A stretch of 63,679 nt of DNA, the filler included, from Kipferlia bialata (lineage: Eukaryota): the NCBI GenBank assembly GCA_003568945.1. It is 4 parts of 4 records of this genome, joined end to end, with 100 filler letters (N's around TTAATTAATTAA, not from the genome) between each part and the next. Parts side by side here need not be neighbours in the genome. Positions count along the whole stretch, not along the records: positions 20,183 to 40,259 come from BDIP01000396.1; positions 40,360 to 60,433 come from BDIP01000397.1; 2 more parts are not named here. One strand, given 5' to 3'. Of the stretch, positions 25,271 to 40,495 are shown piece after piece (within the stretch, counting starts at the first letter, position 1; the number at the start of each line of letters is the position of its first letter). The position numbers and the translations under genes were made by a program. Under the pieces are notes generated by a model that saw only the letters and a program-made list of their open reading frames with translations, ran no database searches and was not told the origin of the DNA.

Positions 25271-26625
25271 GTATTGGATGTATATAGATATATATAGATA
25301 GCAGGTAAGGTATGTGTATGGTCCATAGTATAAGTGTCAAGTATGTAATTTCACACTCCCCCTGACCCCATTCTTAGGTCTCTGGATCTATATACCTATG
25401 TATTTGTATATCAATCTATTCATATATGTCTCCCCCCCCCCCCTCTCACCCCATATCTGGGTGTGTCTGGTCTGTTCCCACAGGCACAGGGCATGTTCAG
25501 CGTCGCCATGTGGCTGTATGCAATAGGTACATACACTGTGTGTTGTATGCATATATATTTGAATATTGTACCCTCGTTCAGATGGGTGTTAGATTTGTGT
25601 GCCAGCGTCGGTGTGTTGCCCCTTTCATGTCTCTTTATAGTTAGTGTCTGTAGTTCTCTCTAGTACCTATACTCATACAAGTGAAGGGATCTGTAATATA
25701 ACGATATGTATATACATGTTCATTATCTCGTTCTTACTCAGGCTTGGCCCCCTATTGCAAGGAGGTGTCCTACCTGTATAGAAACACTGGCTCTAAGAGG
25801 TATGGAGAGTGGGGGGAGACACTCGTGCATATCATACCATACTGATACCCACGAAGCATCTTTCTGTGTCTCACCGTCTCCTTGTTTCACTATGTATACT
25901 GTAGGTACTCTTCCGTCTCCAGCATATCCCCTAGGATCCTCACCCCCCTAGGTTCCTGACATACCTGCGGTGTCTGTCTGTGGTATGGCCCTGTGTCACG
26001 GTGTGTCTCATAGGGGTGGGGGCAGTGCCAGGGGCTGACAGGTCGGGTGGCATGTGTACATATATATACATATATTAGTATATATATATATATATATATA
26101 TATAGGTTTCTATGCATATGTTGGGCCAGTGCCAGGGGCAGACAGGTGGAGTGGTCGTTCAGTGTATGGATACTAGTGTCTTTTCATATACATGTATGAC
26201 TGTATACTCATACCCAGGTGGATCTCTGTTGGTGACTTGCAGTTCAACATGGTCCACATACACTACATAGGTATGCATGTACACATGTATATACCAAAAG
26301 AGTTTACTCATATGTTCATGGATATATTCTATTCACTACATGTCCCATTGTCTGCTGGTACCACTCTCTTTGTATATTGAGTCTATGTGTTATATACTAT
26401 GCTTATACATACCTGCATACCCACCCCCAGGTGCCTCCATGGCCTTCTTTCTGTCTCTCTCTATGTATATGGTTAAGTGAATTGAAATACATTACATTCA
26501 CTACATCCCACAGGTGCCTCCATTGCCTTCTTTCCGTATTAATCGCTCTCTCTCTCTCTCTTTATATATATATATATATACTACATACACCTCCCCTCCT
26601 AGGTGCCTCCATTGCCTTCTTCCTG

Positions 26626-26675
<50 letters not shown>

Positions 26676-26722
26676 CACTACATACACCCACCCTCCTAGG
26701 TGCCTCCATTGCCTTCTTCCTG

Positions 26723-26755
<33 letters not shown>

Positions 26756-27733
26756 ATACATATATATATACATTGATACCCACCCTCCCAGGTGCCTCCA
26801 TTGCCTTCTTCCTCCTGGGCGTCATGTGTTACACAGTGCTGGGGGGTGCCACCAGGGGGTGCCACACACTACTAGGTGTGTACATTGGATATGTGGATGT
26901 AGTCTCTTCCTGTACCATATATATGCATGTATACGTACCTCTCTCACCCTTCTGACTGTTCTGACCCTCAGTCAAGCTGGGCCTGCCTGTGTTTGTGGAT
27001 GAGGACAGATACTCACCAGGTACAGACAGGTCTCACTTGATATTCCCATGTGTCTATCACAGTGAATTGTGTCTACGCCACAGATGTACACACCAACCCC
27101 CAGGTGTGCAGCAGGAAGACGATGCCCACCGTGCGAGGGAGAGGGAGAGAGAGATTGAGAGGGAGAGACCCCAGCGACCCCATGCTCTCTCTCTTTCCCT
27201 GTCTCTCGTTAATGAGGGCCCCAGACCCCTAGACCCTTTGTGTGAGGGTATAGGTTGTAAGGGTGCAGGGACAGCTAGGCAGAGGCCTGTCGAGTCCAGC
27301 CCTATGCCTACACCCTTTATGCACCCGCATCCCAACACACCCACAGGTACAGTGACAGTGAGGATAAGTACTGAGGGTGTTCACACTTGTGCCACTATAT
27401 TGTTTCATTGTGTTTCATTTCCTGAACTACGATCACATTTACACCAACTGATCCTTAGGCTCTGATGGTGTGTGGGGTAGAGAGAGAGAGCAGAGAGAGA
27501 GGGCACTTATGACCCTAGGTGAGACCCGAGTATGATGTATGTACATAAGTATATATGTGCATGTATCCATAGTCAGTATTGGTTGACATCTGCGTGTATC
27601 CTGATACCACAAGGCTGGGAAAGGATAGTAAATCGTATACTGACATCACATTGACCTAGTATTCAGGGAATACTATACTACAATACTATATACCATCTCT
27701 CTCTTCTGACCCTCTAGGCTATGCTACACCGTG

Positions 27734-27773
<40 letters not shown>

Positions 27774-29395
27774 CATGTATACACACACCCCCTCACCCTA
27801 GGGCATGGCAGACAGGCCAGGGGTCATGCATGGGGGGTGCCCCTGGTGGAGAGGTATGGATATAGAGATATAGATATGGTTGATATGTATATAGAGATAT
27901 GTATATAGAGATATAGACATGATATGTATATATATGATATATATGTGTGGTGCCCCTGGTGGAGAGGTCGGAGTATGTCTAGATAGGATATATATGTGTG
28001 TATACATGATATGTGGTGTATATGTGGATACATGGTCACTGATACTAGGATTCTCAAGCTGAGACACAGGGAGAGCAGGAGAGAGAGTGGGGGAGAGAAT
28101 GGCGGAGGAGGGGTGGCGATGGTTGTGAAGCAGCGTGGTGTGATAGAAGGGGAGGAGGTAACAGAGGGGGAGAGAGAGGATGAGTGTGTGGTTGGCAGGA
28201 AGAGACAGCTTGGGATGGTAGGGCCTTCTCAGGAGGCAGAGAGAGAGAGAGACGGGTGGGAGAGTGCCCCTGAGACTGGGTCTAAGACTGATCCTGACCC
28301 TGACCCTGTGCTGCCTGTGGTCCATGTCAAGGAGAGGGTGCTGGCCAGTGACACGGTGCACTATCTGCAGAGGAGACTGCTGCTGGACAGGTACATGCAG
28401 TGTGTACATGTAACTGTATATTCCACCGTACAAATATATGTTGACTGATACCGCATGCCTCTGCCTGTGTCCTATCTAATATATATATATACATATATCC
28501 GATCTAACCCCAGGCTGATCTGCGGTGTTGTGCTCTCAGGGTGCTGGGCATACACACTCTACACCACCTGGCACATACTGTTCAGTTGAGTACATATTGT
28601 ATATATATATATTGAATATTCTCTCTGGACACTGTTTTACAAATCCGTATGGTCCTATTCCTCTGTGTGGATATTGCCCTCATTTGTATAAATCTTACTC
28701 CAGGCCAGATGGTCTTCCCCCTCACCTCTGGCCCCGTTGCATTCAGAAACACAACATGGCTCAACAACACACGGTATGGGTGGATGCGTTTATGTATACT
28801 TACTGTATTAGGTATGTATATACGTTTATGATGCTATTGTGTGATATGTAGTATAGTCCAAGTGGCTCAACACGGTATTGGTATAGGATTTGGATAATGT
28901 ATGCTAACTCTGGGCTATTCACATCTGAATATTGCATCACATACCACATGGTGTATACCATACTAGAAGGAGGTGAATACGTATTTCTACACCTATTCAT
29001 ACCTTGAGTGTCCCCTACATCTTGTATGAGTAACACTCAGCTGAAGTATGTCTCACAATGTATTTGTGTATGTATCCCTCACCCAGTCTCTGCTTTCCCC
29101 TACTACATGAGTGACACTCTACATATATATATATATGTATATGTGTGTATGTGTATCTCCATACTCACCCTCCAGCCTCTCCTGGCCCCTGCATGAGTGG
29201 CAGCTGCTCTGGATGGTAGTACTGGACCATATAGTCGGGCTCTACTTTGCAAATGCCCTAAACAATAGGTATGCGGTTTATGTATTTGGTTGGGCGTGAA
29301 AGAGAGTGTATGCAAGTGCTCACAACTGTGTCTCACCCCTCAGGAGTGTTGTGCTGCAGGGCTATAAGGACCAGACGCTGGACACAAGACACTAG
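24374..29395 (+). CDS. Multi-exon membrane protein of unknown function
   Basis: Exons read FENHRFWYHIFYPVGMSASTLCILAAR, GMFSVAMWLYAI, ASIAFFLLGVMCYTVLGG, a long charged loop (28050-28390), LSWPLHEWQLLWMVVLDHIVGLYFANALNN and finally RSVVLQGYKDQTLDTRH*. The start and some junctions are unresolved. Confidence 0.55.
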
Positions 29396-29560
29396 ATCTC
29401 AACAGACACTGTTACTAGTATCAGATAGAATAGATTGTCCTCCTCTACATTCCAATGTGGCCAGAGATACGGGCAGTCTATCATGTAACACACAACTTGG
29501 CGTATATTTTAATACTCGCTCTGGCAAGCCAAACTAGTGGCCGTTCGCTGAACGTTACAG

Positions 29561-30665
29561 ATGGACGCAAAAACGAAAAGGGTGTAGACACTACGGTACC
29601 TGATACCAAATTGTGTCTCCAGCCAAGTCCCTGCCAGAGAGAGAGGGAGAGATACCTACTGCCGAGGCGTCAGCCAAGGTCAAGGTCAGCCTAGGTCAAG
29701 GTGTAGTGCAGTGCCCAGGTCCCTGCTCAGCTCGTAGCAACGGTCAGAGAGAGGGAGAGAGAGAGAAGGATAGAGGGAGAGAGAGTACCCGCGATGGATG
29801 GGGAGGCGCCTCGCCTGGGGGTAGAGAGGGGGGGAGAGGGAGAGATGGGAGAGGGAGGGACTGAGGATGAACAGTTCACACTGGCAGAGTGTGTGACACG
29901 GTGTAGGTGTGTATCTGAGTGTACTAGCACTTGTATATGTTTACCCATGTATCTCTCTTTAGCTGATGTCGTCTTTGTCCCATAGATACATGTGTCAAGG
30001 TGTATGTCTCTCCCCCTTTCCTTTATGACCAGTGCCGCCATCCATTCCTAAGCTTGGCCCTGGCAATACTCTTGTCAACCCCTCATACTGATACCATGTC
30101 TCTGACCCCAGGTCTATCCTCAAGTCCAGACCTGCCGTGTCTAGTCGAATGTGCTACTCAGTAGGTATGTGTTGTGTGTATATAGATATATATGTGGTGG
30201 GTGTGTGTGTGTGTCTGGTAGGATTGTATATATTATGTATTATAGACTGTGGGACAGGTCTCTCTCTTATCTCTTTCCCATTATGTCTCTCACCCAGCCT
30301 CCCTAGTCTGTCTTTCACCTATGTATAAAGAAATATAGTTTTGGATTTATATATATGTTGGTGCTGATACTGACACCCCCCTCTTCTCTCACCCCCAGCC
30401 TCCCTAGTGTGTGCCTCCCACCTTGTGCATCACTGTGGCCTGGCCATAGCACCATCCACCATAGTGCACACCAGGGGTATGGTGTCTTCTTGATAGATAT
30501 TCCGCTATCTCGCTGTATGTTCCCGAGGCCACTGGTCTCCAGATATATATAATGTAGTTCACATACTATTCACTTTATAGATACATAACCTCTCACCCCT
30601 CAGGCCACTGGTCTCTGCTTGAGTCCGAGGTGGTGGTGGCAGAGGCATGGGTCGAGGAAGGTATA

Positions 30666-30702
<37 letters not shown>

Positions 30703-31168
30703 GTATATACATGTAGTGCTGAGGTGGTGGTGGCAGAGGCATGGGTCGATGAAGGTATATCTATATATATATATGTGTGTATGTGTGTATATATCATGGA
30801 TGGAAGGTGTGCATGGAGTGTAGGTATATGCATATATGCATATGGGTACCTGTGGCTGTGTGGCATGGGGGAAGGTATGGGTATGCATGTTGTGGGTTGA
30901 TGGGTATATATATATGGGTATATATATATATATATTTGCATTTATAGTTCTCTATATACATGTAGTGTTGACCCCAGGTGCCAGTATGCTAAGGGAACAG
31001 GAGATATTCTCTGCACCCGAACTGCTAGAGAGTGACACGCAGAGTGAGGTGGGTATGGAGTACATGTGTATGTATATATTAATGTATCGTCTCACCCTTA
31101 GGTCTCCACTCCAGTCTCCATGCACAAGGCAGATGTGTGTATATATGCATATGTATATATATTTATTA

Positions 31169-31203
<35 letters not shown>

Positions 31204-34200
31204 CACCCTTAGGTCTCCATGGCCAAGGCAGATGTGTTCTCACTGGGGGCAGTCCTGTATTACATAGCAACAGGTACATAGTGGGTGTATGCCTGGTACT
31301 GATACTGATACTGTATGCCAAGTATATACTACATAGCAACAGGTGCATAGTGGGTGTATGCTAAGTATATGCTACATAACACTAGGTGCTGGGATATATA
31401 GTAATGTATACATATTGTGTGAATACTACATATAAACAGGTGCAGAGAAATTATGGAGTGTGTATACCAAGTATATGTATATAGTGTATATATACACGAC
31501 ATACGTACATTCCATATATTCTCTCCCTTCACCAGGCGGCTTGAGTATCAGCGATGACGTGAATGGTGTGTATTACATATCATTTCGATTTTTTATAATA
31601 TACATCATTGTATACTATTACTATATAGTGTAAACATTTCATATTCTGTATTCTACCCCCGGGCGGCATGAGCATCCACGATGGTGTCTATAGTCTCTAT
31701 TACTACTGTATATACTATACACTATTTTATACTGTTGTTATATGTTGAATATATTCTATATTGCATATATCCGACCCCCAGGCGGCATGAGCATCCATGA
31801 TCTGGAGGGGGTAGGGTCCACGGCTGTGGATAGCAGAGAGGGGGCAGAGAGAGAGAGAGAGAGACGGGGAGGGAGCAGGTCCCTCTATGTCCATACCAGG
31901 TGTGTGTGTATATGTGTATTTCTACATAGTATGTATGTGTATATGGTGTCCATATCCCAGGGGTGTCTGTGTCTCTGACTCTGTTGGGTATGTATGTAGA
32001 GACCATATACCATACACCTGTGTCTCCTTTGATTCTGACCTCTCTCATCCTCAGAGATGGTGATGCATTATTGTATATGTATATTGTACTCTCACCCTCA
32101 AGGGGTGCCGAGCTGGAGGATGCCATTATCAGTATGTATATATATATATATAATGAGTATNNNNNNNNNNNNNNNNNNNNNNNNNNNNNNNNNNNNNNNN
32201 NNNNNNNNNNNNNNNNNNNNNNNNNNNNNNNNNNNNNNNNNNNNNNNNNNNNNNNNNNNNNNNNNNNNNNNNNNNNNNNNNNNNNNNNNNNNNNNNNNNN
32301 NNNNNNNNNNNNNNNNNATATATATATATGTAACATCTTACCCCCCAGGGATGCCGAGCTGGAGGATGCCATCCTGTCCTCAGGCACGGGTACCAAGGGG
32401 GCAGAGAGAGGGAGAGAGAGAGAGAGAGAGAGAGACAGTGGGTCCAAGGGTGTGGGCATGTCCTCCATGAAGTCTCTCTCCCTCACCCGGTCTCTCTCCC
32501 TCACTGTGGCCCCTGCCATACTGTCAGTGGTCATGCTGTGTTGTCACACAGACCCCGACAAGGTATGGGTATACTGTATTGACACGATGGCTACACATAG
32601 ATAGACGTATATATAGCAGAGAGAGAGGGATGTTGCCACACAGACCCAGACAAGGTATGACATTCTGATATGTATGGTGTGATGGTATTTATAGTATAAG
32701 GATATAGAGAGAGAGACTAAACATAGTGTGCTTTTGATCTATACACAGACCCACACACCTCGTGGGTAGATGCATTCAATAGTATGATATATATAGATGC
32801 ATAGAAGTATACTTGGGAGAGAGACATCAAAGATGTATATATGTATATGGAGAGAGTGATTGTCCTCCTCTGTCCCACGGTATCATCCCCACACAGCCCT
32901 CTGGTTCTGTATATATATATATATATATGTATATAACCCCCATATATAGATATATATCTATATTTATATATATATATATATATATCCCCCATATAATATA
33001 TATGTATATAACCCCCAGCGCCCCTGTTCCGATGATGTGCTGCAGATGCTGCTCCCCCACCTGACCCTGACTCTGATGGAGGACACAGACACACACGCAC
33101 AGAGCAGAATGTCCGGGCTGGATATGGGTACGGGCATGTCCATAGGAGTATACAGGAGATACATAGTAACATGTAGCCCTCTCGGGCCATTGGATGTGTA
33201 CTGTTCTATGTCTGTGTGTTCCGGCAAGATGGGTCTACAGACTTAGTGGACACACTTGACTGTTACCAGTATGTATATGTATATGTGTGTATATATATGT
33301 ACCATACAGAGTGTATATATATATGTATGTGTGTATATATATATACCCCACAATAGGCATGCTGCTGACCCCAGACGACACCACGCGGAGTCTGTCCAGA
33401 AGGGTATCACACGCACAGGTGCATGGCATAGATAGTAGTATACACAAGTATAATAGTATACAAGTGTGATACGGGTATTACACGCACAGGTATAGAGAGG
33501 GGAAGAGTGGTTCTCAATACGTCATTACATATGTAGATATAGAGACATAGTGCCTTTAGAACGGGTGACTCACGCTCAGATACATGGCACAGATAGTATG
33601 TACATGCGCAATGCAAGTATATATATACACGTATACAGAGTATGATATATATTTTTACTAACCACTGTTGCCTCTATTACTGTTACCACTCACCATCAGC
33701 TCACCCCCTTGCTCCGACCCCAGATGAGTCCTGCCGCACTGCACAGAAGAGTAAGGTCATTCAGGTGGGTGTATGTGTTTGTATGTCTATACATGTATAT
33801 ATATGTGAGTATATGTGTGTTGGTGCACTGCACAGGAGGGTGAGGTCATTCAGGTGGGGGTGGATACCTGTGTATTCAATATATTGGTATTACATATGCA
33901 CATGTACGTCTCTCACTGCCAGGGAGTATCAATGTATTACTATTGATATGTATACACAGGGATATATGCACATGTACCTCTCTCACTGCCAGGGACCAGA
34001 TGGATGCCCAGGAGTCACAGGAGCAGCAGGTACATACATACATATCGTGATATTACATATTACAACTTCTAGGCAATTATATCATGTGCATACTTTTATA
34101 TCATGTCACAGGAGCACCATGTACAATTATTGCATACTTGGATGGGTATTTTGCGTACATGAGTACATGTGTGTGTATGTTGGTATGAATAGTACATTGG

Positions 34201-34924
34201 ATGTGCAGTGTCTCGGACTATTCCTCTGTCTCTCTCTCTCTTCACACATCGATACCCATGATATGCAAACTCACTCCCCAGTCTACATTCTCTGCCTCTG
34301 AGACCCTCTCCATTTATATACATACATATACATATATATGTGGTATGTATATATACATAGTCATATATACGCCTATGTATGCACCTATACATACCCACCC
34401 CCCAGTCCACGCTGTCTGCCTCTCAGTCCCTGTCTCTCTCTCTCTACATATATATATATATATATACTGTTCATTCCTAAGTATACACATCTACCCCCAG
34501 TCCACGCTGTCTGCCTCTGAGTCACTGGGTGCCTCGGGCCTTACAGTCACAGCACTCAGCCATGACCTGAGGGCACTAGGTGGGTGTATGTATAGACACN
34601 NNNNNNNNNNNNNNNNNNGACCTGAGGGCACTAGGTGGGTGTATGTATAGACACACATATATATAGATTGATACATACAAGAGTAGTCACATATGCAATA
34701 TACTACACAATATTTGTTGTAGTTACAGCACTCAGTCATGACCTTAGGGCACTAGGTTTGTATATATAGATATAGGAATATGTATGATATGTGTATGAGA
34801 GTATATATATAGTCTTACCGCACCCAGATACGACTATATAACACTGTCCATACGTGTACGTCATGTAATGCGAGCTGTCCCTCAAGCCTCTCTGCTTATT
34901 TTTCATTGTATTTAATATTTACAT

Positions 34925-34955
<31 letters not shown>

Positions 34956-35662
34956 ATAATATATGCATCTCTCTCTCCCAACAATTTCACTCTCATATTC
35001 AGCAAGCTCCATGCGTCTGATGCAGTATGTCCTCTCTCCCAATATATATATGTGTTCCCATGTACCCACACACACCCTCACTGTGCAGGCCGGGATGTGT
35101 CCAAGCAGCATGCGTCTGTGCTAGATGCCCTGGCAGACATGGAGTCATTCTTAGACGAGTCAACAGGTGTGCTTTGTTTGCCAGGTCTATACGTGTATTC
35201 ATGTATAATTATGTATATATACTGATACTGATACTGATATGTATATATATCTAGTCATTCCTGGACGAGTCAACAGGTGGGGGTAATGTATTCATACTTA
35301 CTACTTACTTATCAATATATATATGTGTGTGTGTATGCAGACGAGTCAGCAGATGTGGATGTGTCGACGTGTGTGTATATTCTATATATATTCTATGTAT
35401 ACTTGTCAATACATATGTATATATATATAGTCATTCCTAGACAAGTCCACAGGGGGAGGGGGCAATGGTGTGCGCTGTACGCCGTGTCTATGTGACATTG
35501 TCTATGTGTAGTTACTATTGGACATTGTCTATGTGTAGTTACGCGTATGTATGTGTACACTGACCCCAGATGGCTCCCACCTTGGCACCCCGATGTCTCT
35601 GTTCAGAAGTGCCTCTGCGGTACCCTCCTCTTTGATGAGGTCGAGCATCGCCAGGTATGCAC

Positions 35663-35702
<40 letters not shown>

Positions 35703-36439
35703 ATGCTCCATATATGTATACCCTATGCATACTGGTGTATACTGGTGTACTCTGATGTCCCAGGGACAGCCCCTGCAGAGAGAGAGAGAGAGAGAGAGAT
35801 GGGTCCTCCAGGGCCAGGGGGTCCTGTCTCCGTAGGTCCCACTTGCACAGACACCACGGCCTGAGGTGGGGAAGTGTGCAAGTATACATGTATATATTCA
35901 CGTGTATATTCATGTTTATACAGACACCACGGCGTGAGGTGGGTGGAAGTGTATTATGGCCACGTTGTGCTGGCGTATATATATGTAAATATATGTATAT
36001 ATATGTATATATATATATATATATATATACGATGATGTGTATGCAGAAGGGGTGTGTATTCTGAGGTTGGGTAAGCTTTATCTGGGTCTTACTGATACTT
36101 CTATTATCATAAGTAATAGTATATATGTGGTTTAGTATATTCTCTATATGTAGTGGTTGCATACTTGAATGTACCTGTCTTGACAAGAGTGTATTGTATG
36201 GGTGTGGTTATTGTATTGTATTGTATATGTATTGTTATAGATTCCACTATATACATATACATACCCACCCCCAGGTGGGACCTGGATGTCACCACAGCTG
36301 CAGCTACCGGCGGGGCATCCCCCTCTGTGGCACAGGGGATAGGAGGTATGGAGAAGTGTGTATACCGCTAGGGTATTGTTGGTATCATACCTGTATACAG
36401 TATGTCCACCATCACACCTGTGCCACCATGTGTCTATTC

Positions 36440-36474
<35 letters not shown>

Positions 36475-37048
36475 AATATATGCCCCTCTACCCTTTCAGG
36501 CATGGGCATGGCAGGGATGGAGAGGACGTTCAGTGTGCCCCAGCCAAACGGAAGGAGTGTATTAGGTATGGAAGGAGTGTATTAGGTAATGGTGGCAAGT
36601 GTGATATCCCTGATCCCTTTCATTATGACTTCTGTTGACTCCAGGTACGAGAGGGACTGTGCCTCAGGAGCCAGGGTCACCACTGTCCCTTGGCGTGTAC
36701 AGCGACAGTGACAGCAAGGAGGAGAGTGGCTATGGGTCAGTGTACTCGACAGTGCATGTGGGTAGAGCCGACAGCAGGCCTGATCCAACGCCATCTGACA
36801 GTGATGGTGAGTCTGAGACTGAGAGCGAGACAGAGAGTGAGACAGAGAGTGAGGGAGATGTGGGTCACCCCGCTGACCCTCCGACTATCGTATACACTGA
36901 TACTGATACTATCGTAGTGGGAGGTCCTGGTGGTCAGGGAGAGGCAGAGCGGGAACAACAGACACACGATGTTAGGAGAGGACGGCGACTGAAGCCTGAG
37001 TCTCAGTCCCCCACGGGATCCCCCATATTTGGCTTCCAGGGTCTGTAG
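29561..37048 (+). CDS. Divergent protein-kinase-like (probable pseudokinase) multi-exon gene with long low-complexity C-terminus
   Basis: Kinase C-lobe motifs on separate exons: IFSAPELL (VIII), KADVFSLGAVLYYIATG (IX), VMLCCHTDPDK|RPCSDDVLQML (XI). No canonical HRD/DFG seen. The last exon ends FGFQGL* at 37048. The start codon is tentative. Confidence 0.65.
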
Positions 37049-39880
37049 TTTCTGAGTCCTGGTTATATAGTGTGTGTGCTGGAACTTTCACCTCTGTCTA
37101 GAGACAGAGAAAGAGGGGTGTAGGTGGCCTCCGTCGGTCATGGAACTCTCAGCATGGCCCAAATAGCCTTAGATTCATAGGTGTATCAGATGTTTCTACC
37201 GTCGTGATTTTGTTGTTGTTGTTGTGCTGATACACCTGTGGGGCGTCCCCTAGACAGGTACTTCCAATGGATTGCATTGAGTGTCGTTTGTTCTCTTCGT
37301 GCATACTACTGGTTACTGGGTCTGGGTCTTTTGGCTGCATCATTCCGGCAATATATAGAGAGAACATGTCACAATATGAGGTTTCACTGGATTGCATATG
37401 GGCACTTGAATATATACAGTGTCCGGAGCAAACAAAGGTGCTACAGATGTCATAGTAGGTGGTTCTATAATCGTCACCGAATGGCCGAACGAGGACCCAC
37501 ACTGATGAATGAGTTGGGAGGTCTGCTGGTGAGGTTGGGGAGGGGGGTAAAGGAGGTTGGCAAGAGGGTCGAATGCTCATCTCTGTTTCCTGGAATACTT
37601 GAAGAGACAGAGAGTCAGGAGGTTAGTCTTCTATGGCATTGATGGCCCTTGAGGAAGTTTTTAGGAGGAGGTTTAAGACTAGGCCAGTCTGACCAGGGAC
37701 CCTAGCCGCTAGGCCTGGGGTGTCTCGCATGTATTCCGTCTGACATCTCTCTGAGAGATTATATCAGCCTCCCGGCTCAGGGGGCTCACGCTATTACACC
37801 CTGCATGCTTTACTGGAGTAGTGCTCTAGATTAGGAAAGTCTAACCGCCCCTGATAGTGGACTTTGAAAGAGAGAGCCAACTACCAAGAAGGAGTTTCGC
37901 AGAGTGAAAGCGGATTTGCAGCCACTTCCCTCTTACATTTCACTTAGAGTCTTTGTGACTGACGAATCATGACGGACTCATGAGTCATGATTGGCACTAC
38001 GCAAGAAAATAGGCAGATGAATAATGTCATATTCAGTGGCATAAGGAAGAATATGAAAGACGAGAGTGTCGCACAAAGAAGCGGTAATAGCAAACCTCCT
38101 CATATATCCTGCTAGACGTCTTGCTATCGAGTCCATTTCCGTACTGTACGAGAGGTGCACTTTTCATTCCTTCATTGATTCATGGATGTAACTTACATCA
38201 TGTAAGCCTTACATCAAAGGTTAAACCATACAGTAAGGTGGTCCGCTGTGGTAGTCCACGAAGTCACTGAGTGACTCACTCGGTATGAAGTATCAATATC
38301 AGTATCAGTCCTGAGACAGTATAGTCCTAAGACAGGATATTGCATTGCGTTCATGCCCACTTGTCTACATATTATATGTAACATATACATGGTCCCCGTG
38401 CGTGTAGTGTATGTGTCACACCCACAGGGTGTAAGGACTCTCTCTTCTATGTAGACTGTGAGGTATGCCGTGCTGCTCAGAGTCTGAGTCAGACTCTGTT
38501 GCATGACTCATGTTTCATGACTCATGTAGCATCAGCAATACTGAGAGGTAACCTCACTCAGACTCTCTGCGTTACCCCCGTGTGGCAGCTTGGGTTATAG
38601 CCAATTAGTCTCTGGCCCAATGACAGCTATTGGGTAGTGGGATACAATATGTCAAGTCCTTAGGATCGAATACCATGTCAACTCTAAAAGGCCCGCCAAT
38701 TCCATTGTAGTAAAGAGAAGTGAGTGGCAACTGTTTCATCCTCTCTAGCCCCATATTATATGGCATGTCCTGCAATGTCGCAGCCTAGCTAACGAGTACC
38801 ACTGTCTGATGCTCATCTCAAGCCTGGGTGTGTAGATACTATCAATGAATGGTATTGAAGACCAAGGAGTGACTTTCACGTCTCATTTCTCTGTGAAAGA
38901 GTTGTTACCATTTACACGATAGAATCCACTTGTCTGTACGGGACCCACTCGTGTAATTTACACGAATCCTGTCACAGGACCTGTGTTACACGGTATAACA
39001 CAAGTCGTGTACACTGGACCAGTGTCACTGGTCGAGAATTCACATAGTTATAACCTACATCCCACCACATGGACATGTGCTTGTGTCAAACTCATAGGCT
39101 AAGTATGAGTTACTCACAGCCAATACGTATTCATAGTACCATCACTCATAATAGTAGGTCCAACGAAACCCCCTGATATTGACCATCCAATTCTTGGGCT
39201 CAACCCAAGTCACATATGGATCAGGGACCCCCTTACCCCCCAGGTCCCGTCCAACCACACTCAGTTGCCCAGGTCCCATCCAAATACAGTTTAGTTACAT
39301 TGTAGTTACTACACTCAGCTGAGTCAGTGTGCATTACGCCTCTGGTGGCCATTGCCCAGGACGTAGTTTCAGACTGGATCCTTGTTCTTCGGAGTTTTCG
39401 GAAGGCTCTATCCCTCTCTACGACATCAATATAGGCCAGGACCTCTGAGCTCTTGTGCTATTACTAGGCCTAATAGCCTATTAGACGAGACGAGAACTGT
39501 CAGTCACACTAATAGGTTAAGTATTACGGGATGACACAGACAATATCCCTGAAGGTCAAATTGAACAGTAACAACTCGTATAGATAGGTGATAATCACCC
39601 AGTATACCAGTGTTATACATTTAACACCAACATGCTACGTAACACCTTGTCCATAGTCAGATTTAGTATATGAGCTATAAGCGGATTATAGCCCGTAGAC
39701 CGAATATCATATCATAAGGCGTCTGTGATAGATGATCTATGAGCTGAGTGGAGAGTGAAACTTGTCATAATACCTGTCGATGGCCCTATCAAGTATTCGA
39801 CCGCCAAGATTTGAGACTCTATTGTTACACCCACAAACAACCTACCCCCCTGTGTCCACATCCATACTACCTGTGTCTAC

Positions 39881-40200
39881 ATGTCTGTGTCTGTGTACAC
39901 TACCACCCTGTCCCTGGTGACTGTCTGGGGCCTGCCTCTCTCCCACGAGTACGACACCCCAGCGGCCAGGTACCTGCCGCATCAGAGTCAGTGTAGGCAT
40001 ATACACGTATATAGTGAGACTGCCCCTGTACCTGCCGTCCCTGGATATATAGTGAGACTGCCACTATTACTACTATTATCATTATCATTACTATTATTAC
40101 CTGCCATCGTTGGATATAGCCAGAGAGGCCACGCCCTCGTCGTGCTTGTCCACCACCTGGGACCGGGTCTTGCTCTGCGGCTAAGCAAGGAATGCACACA
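39881..40200 (+). CDS. 5' fragment of a hypothetical gene cut by the contig end
   Basis: ATG followed by GC3-rich coding-like sequence (MSVSVYTTTLSLVTVWGLPLSHEYDTPAAR) and then a GT donor. Confidence 0.3.
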
Positions 40201-40214
40201 CAGAGAGAGATGCA

Positions 40215-40258
<44 letters not shown>

Positions 40259-40259
40259 A

Positions 40260-40359
40260 NNNNNNNNNNNNNNNNNNNNNNNNNNNNNNNNNNNNNNNNN
40301 NNNTTAATTAATTAANNNNNNNNNNNNNNNNNNNNNNNNNNNNNNNNNNNNNNNNNNNN
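40260..40359. other. Artificial contig-joining linker
   Basis: 44 N + TTAATTAATTAA + 44 N. Confidence 0.95.
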
Positions 40360-40413
40360 TGGATGGGTCCCATCTATCTATCTATCTATATATATATATA
40401 TATATATATATCC

Positions 40414-40451
<38 letters not shown>

Positions 40452-40495
40452 CTATATATATCTATATCTATACCCCCAATCCCTTCTCATGCCAG

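Noticed and set aside
24374..29395. Possible PAP2 lipid phosphatase assignment for the membrane protein
   Set aside because: The catalytic motifs (KxxxxxxRP, PSGH, SRxxxxxH) are not convincingly present.
10165..36500. Many short YIYI/SLSL/CVCV ORFs in the track
   Set aside because: Translations of (TA)n, (CT)n and (GT)n intronic microsatellites.
37049..39880. Microsatellite-poor 2.8-kb region with short ORFs, possibly a decayed element or gene
   Set aside because: No recognisable domain, terminal repeats or consistent exon chain found by eye.
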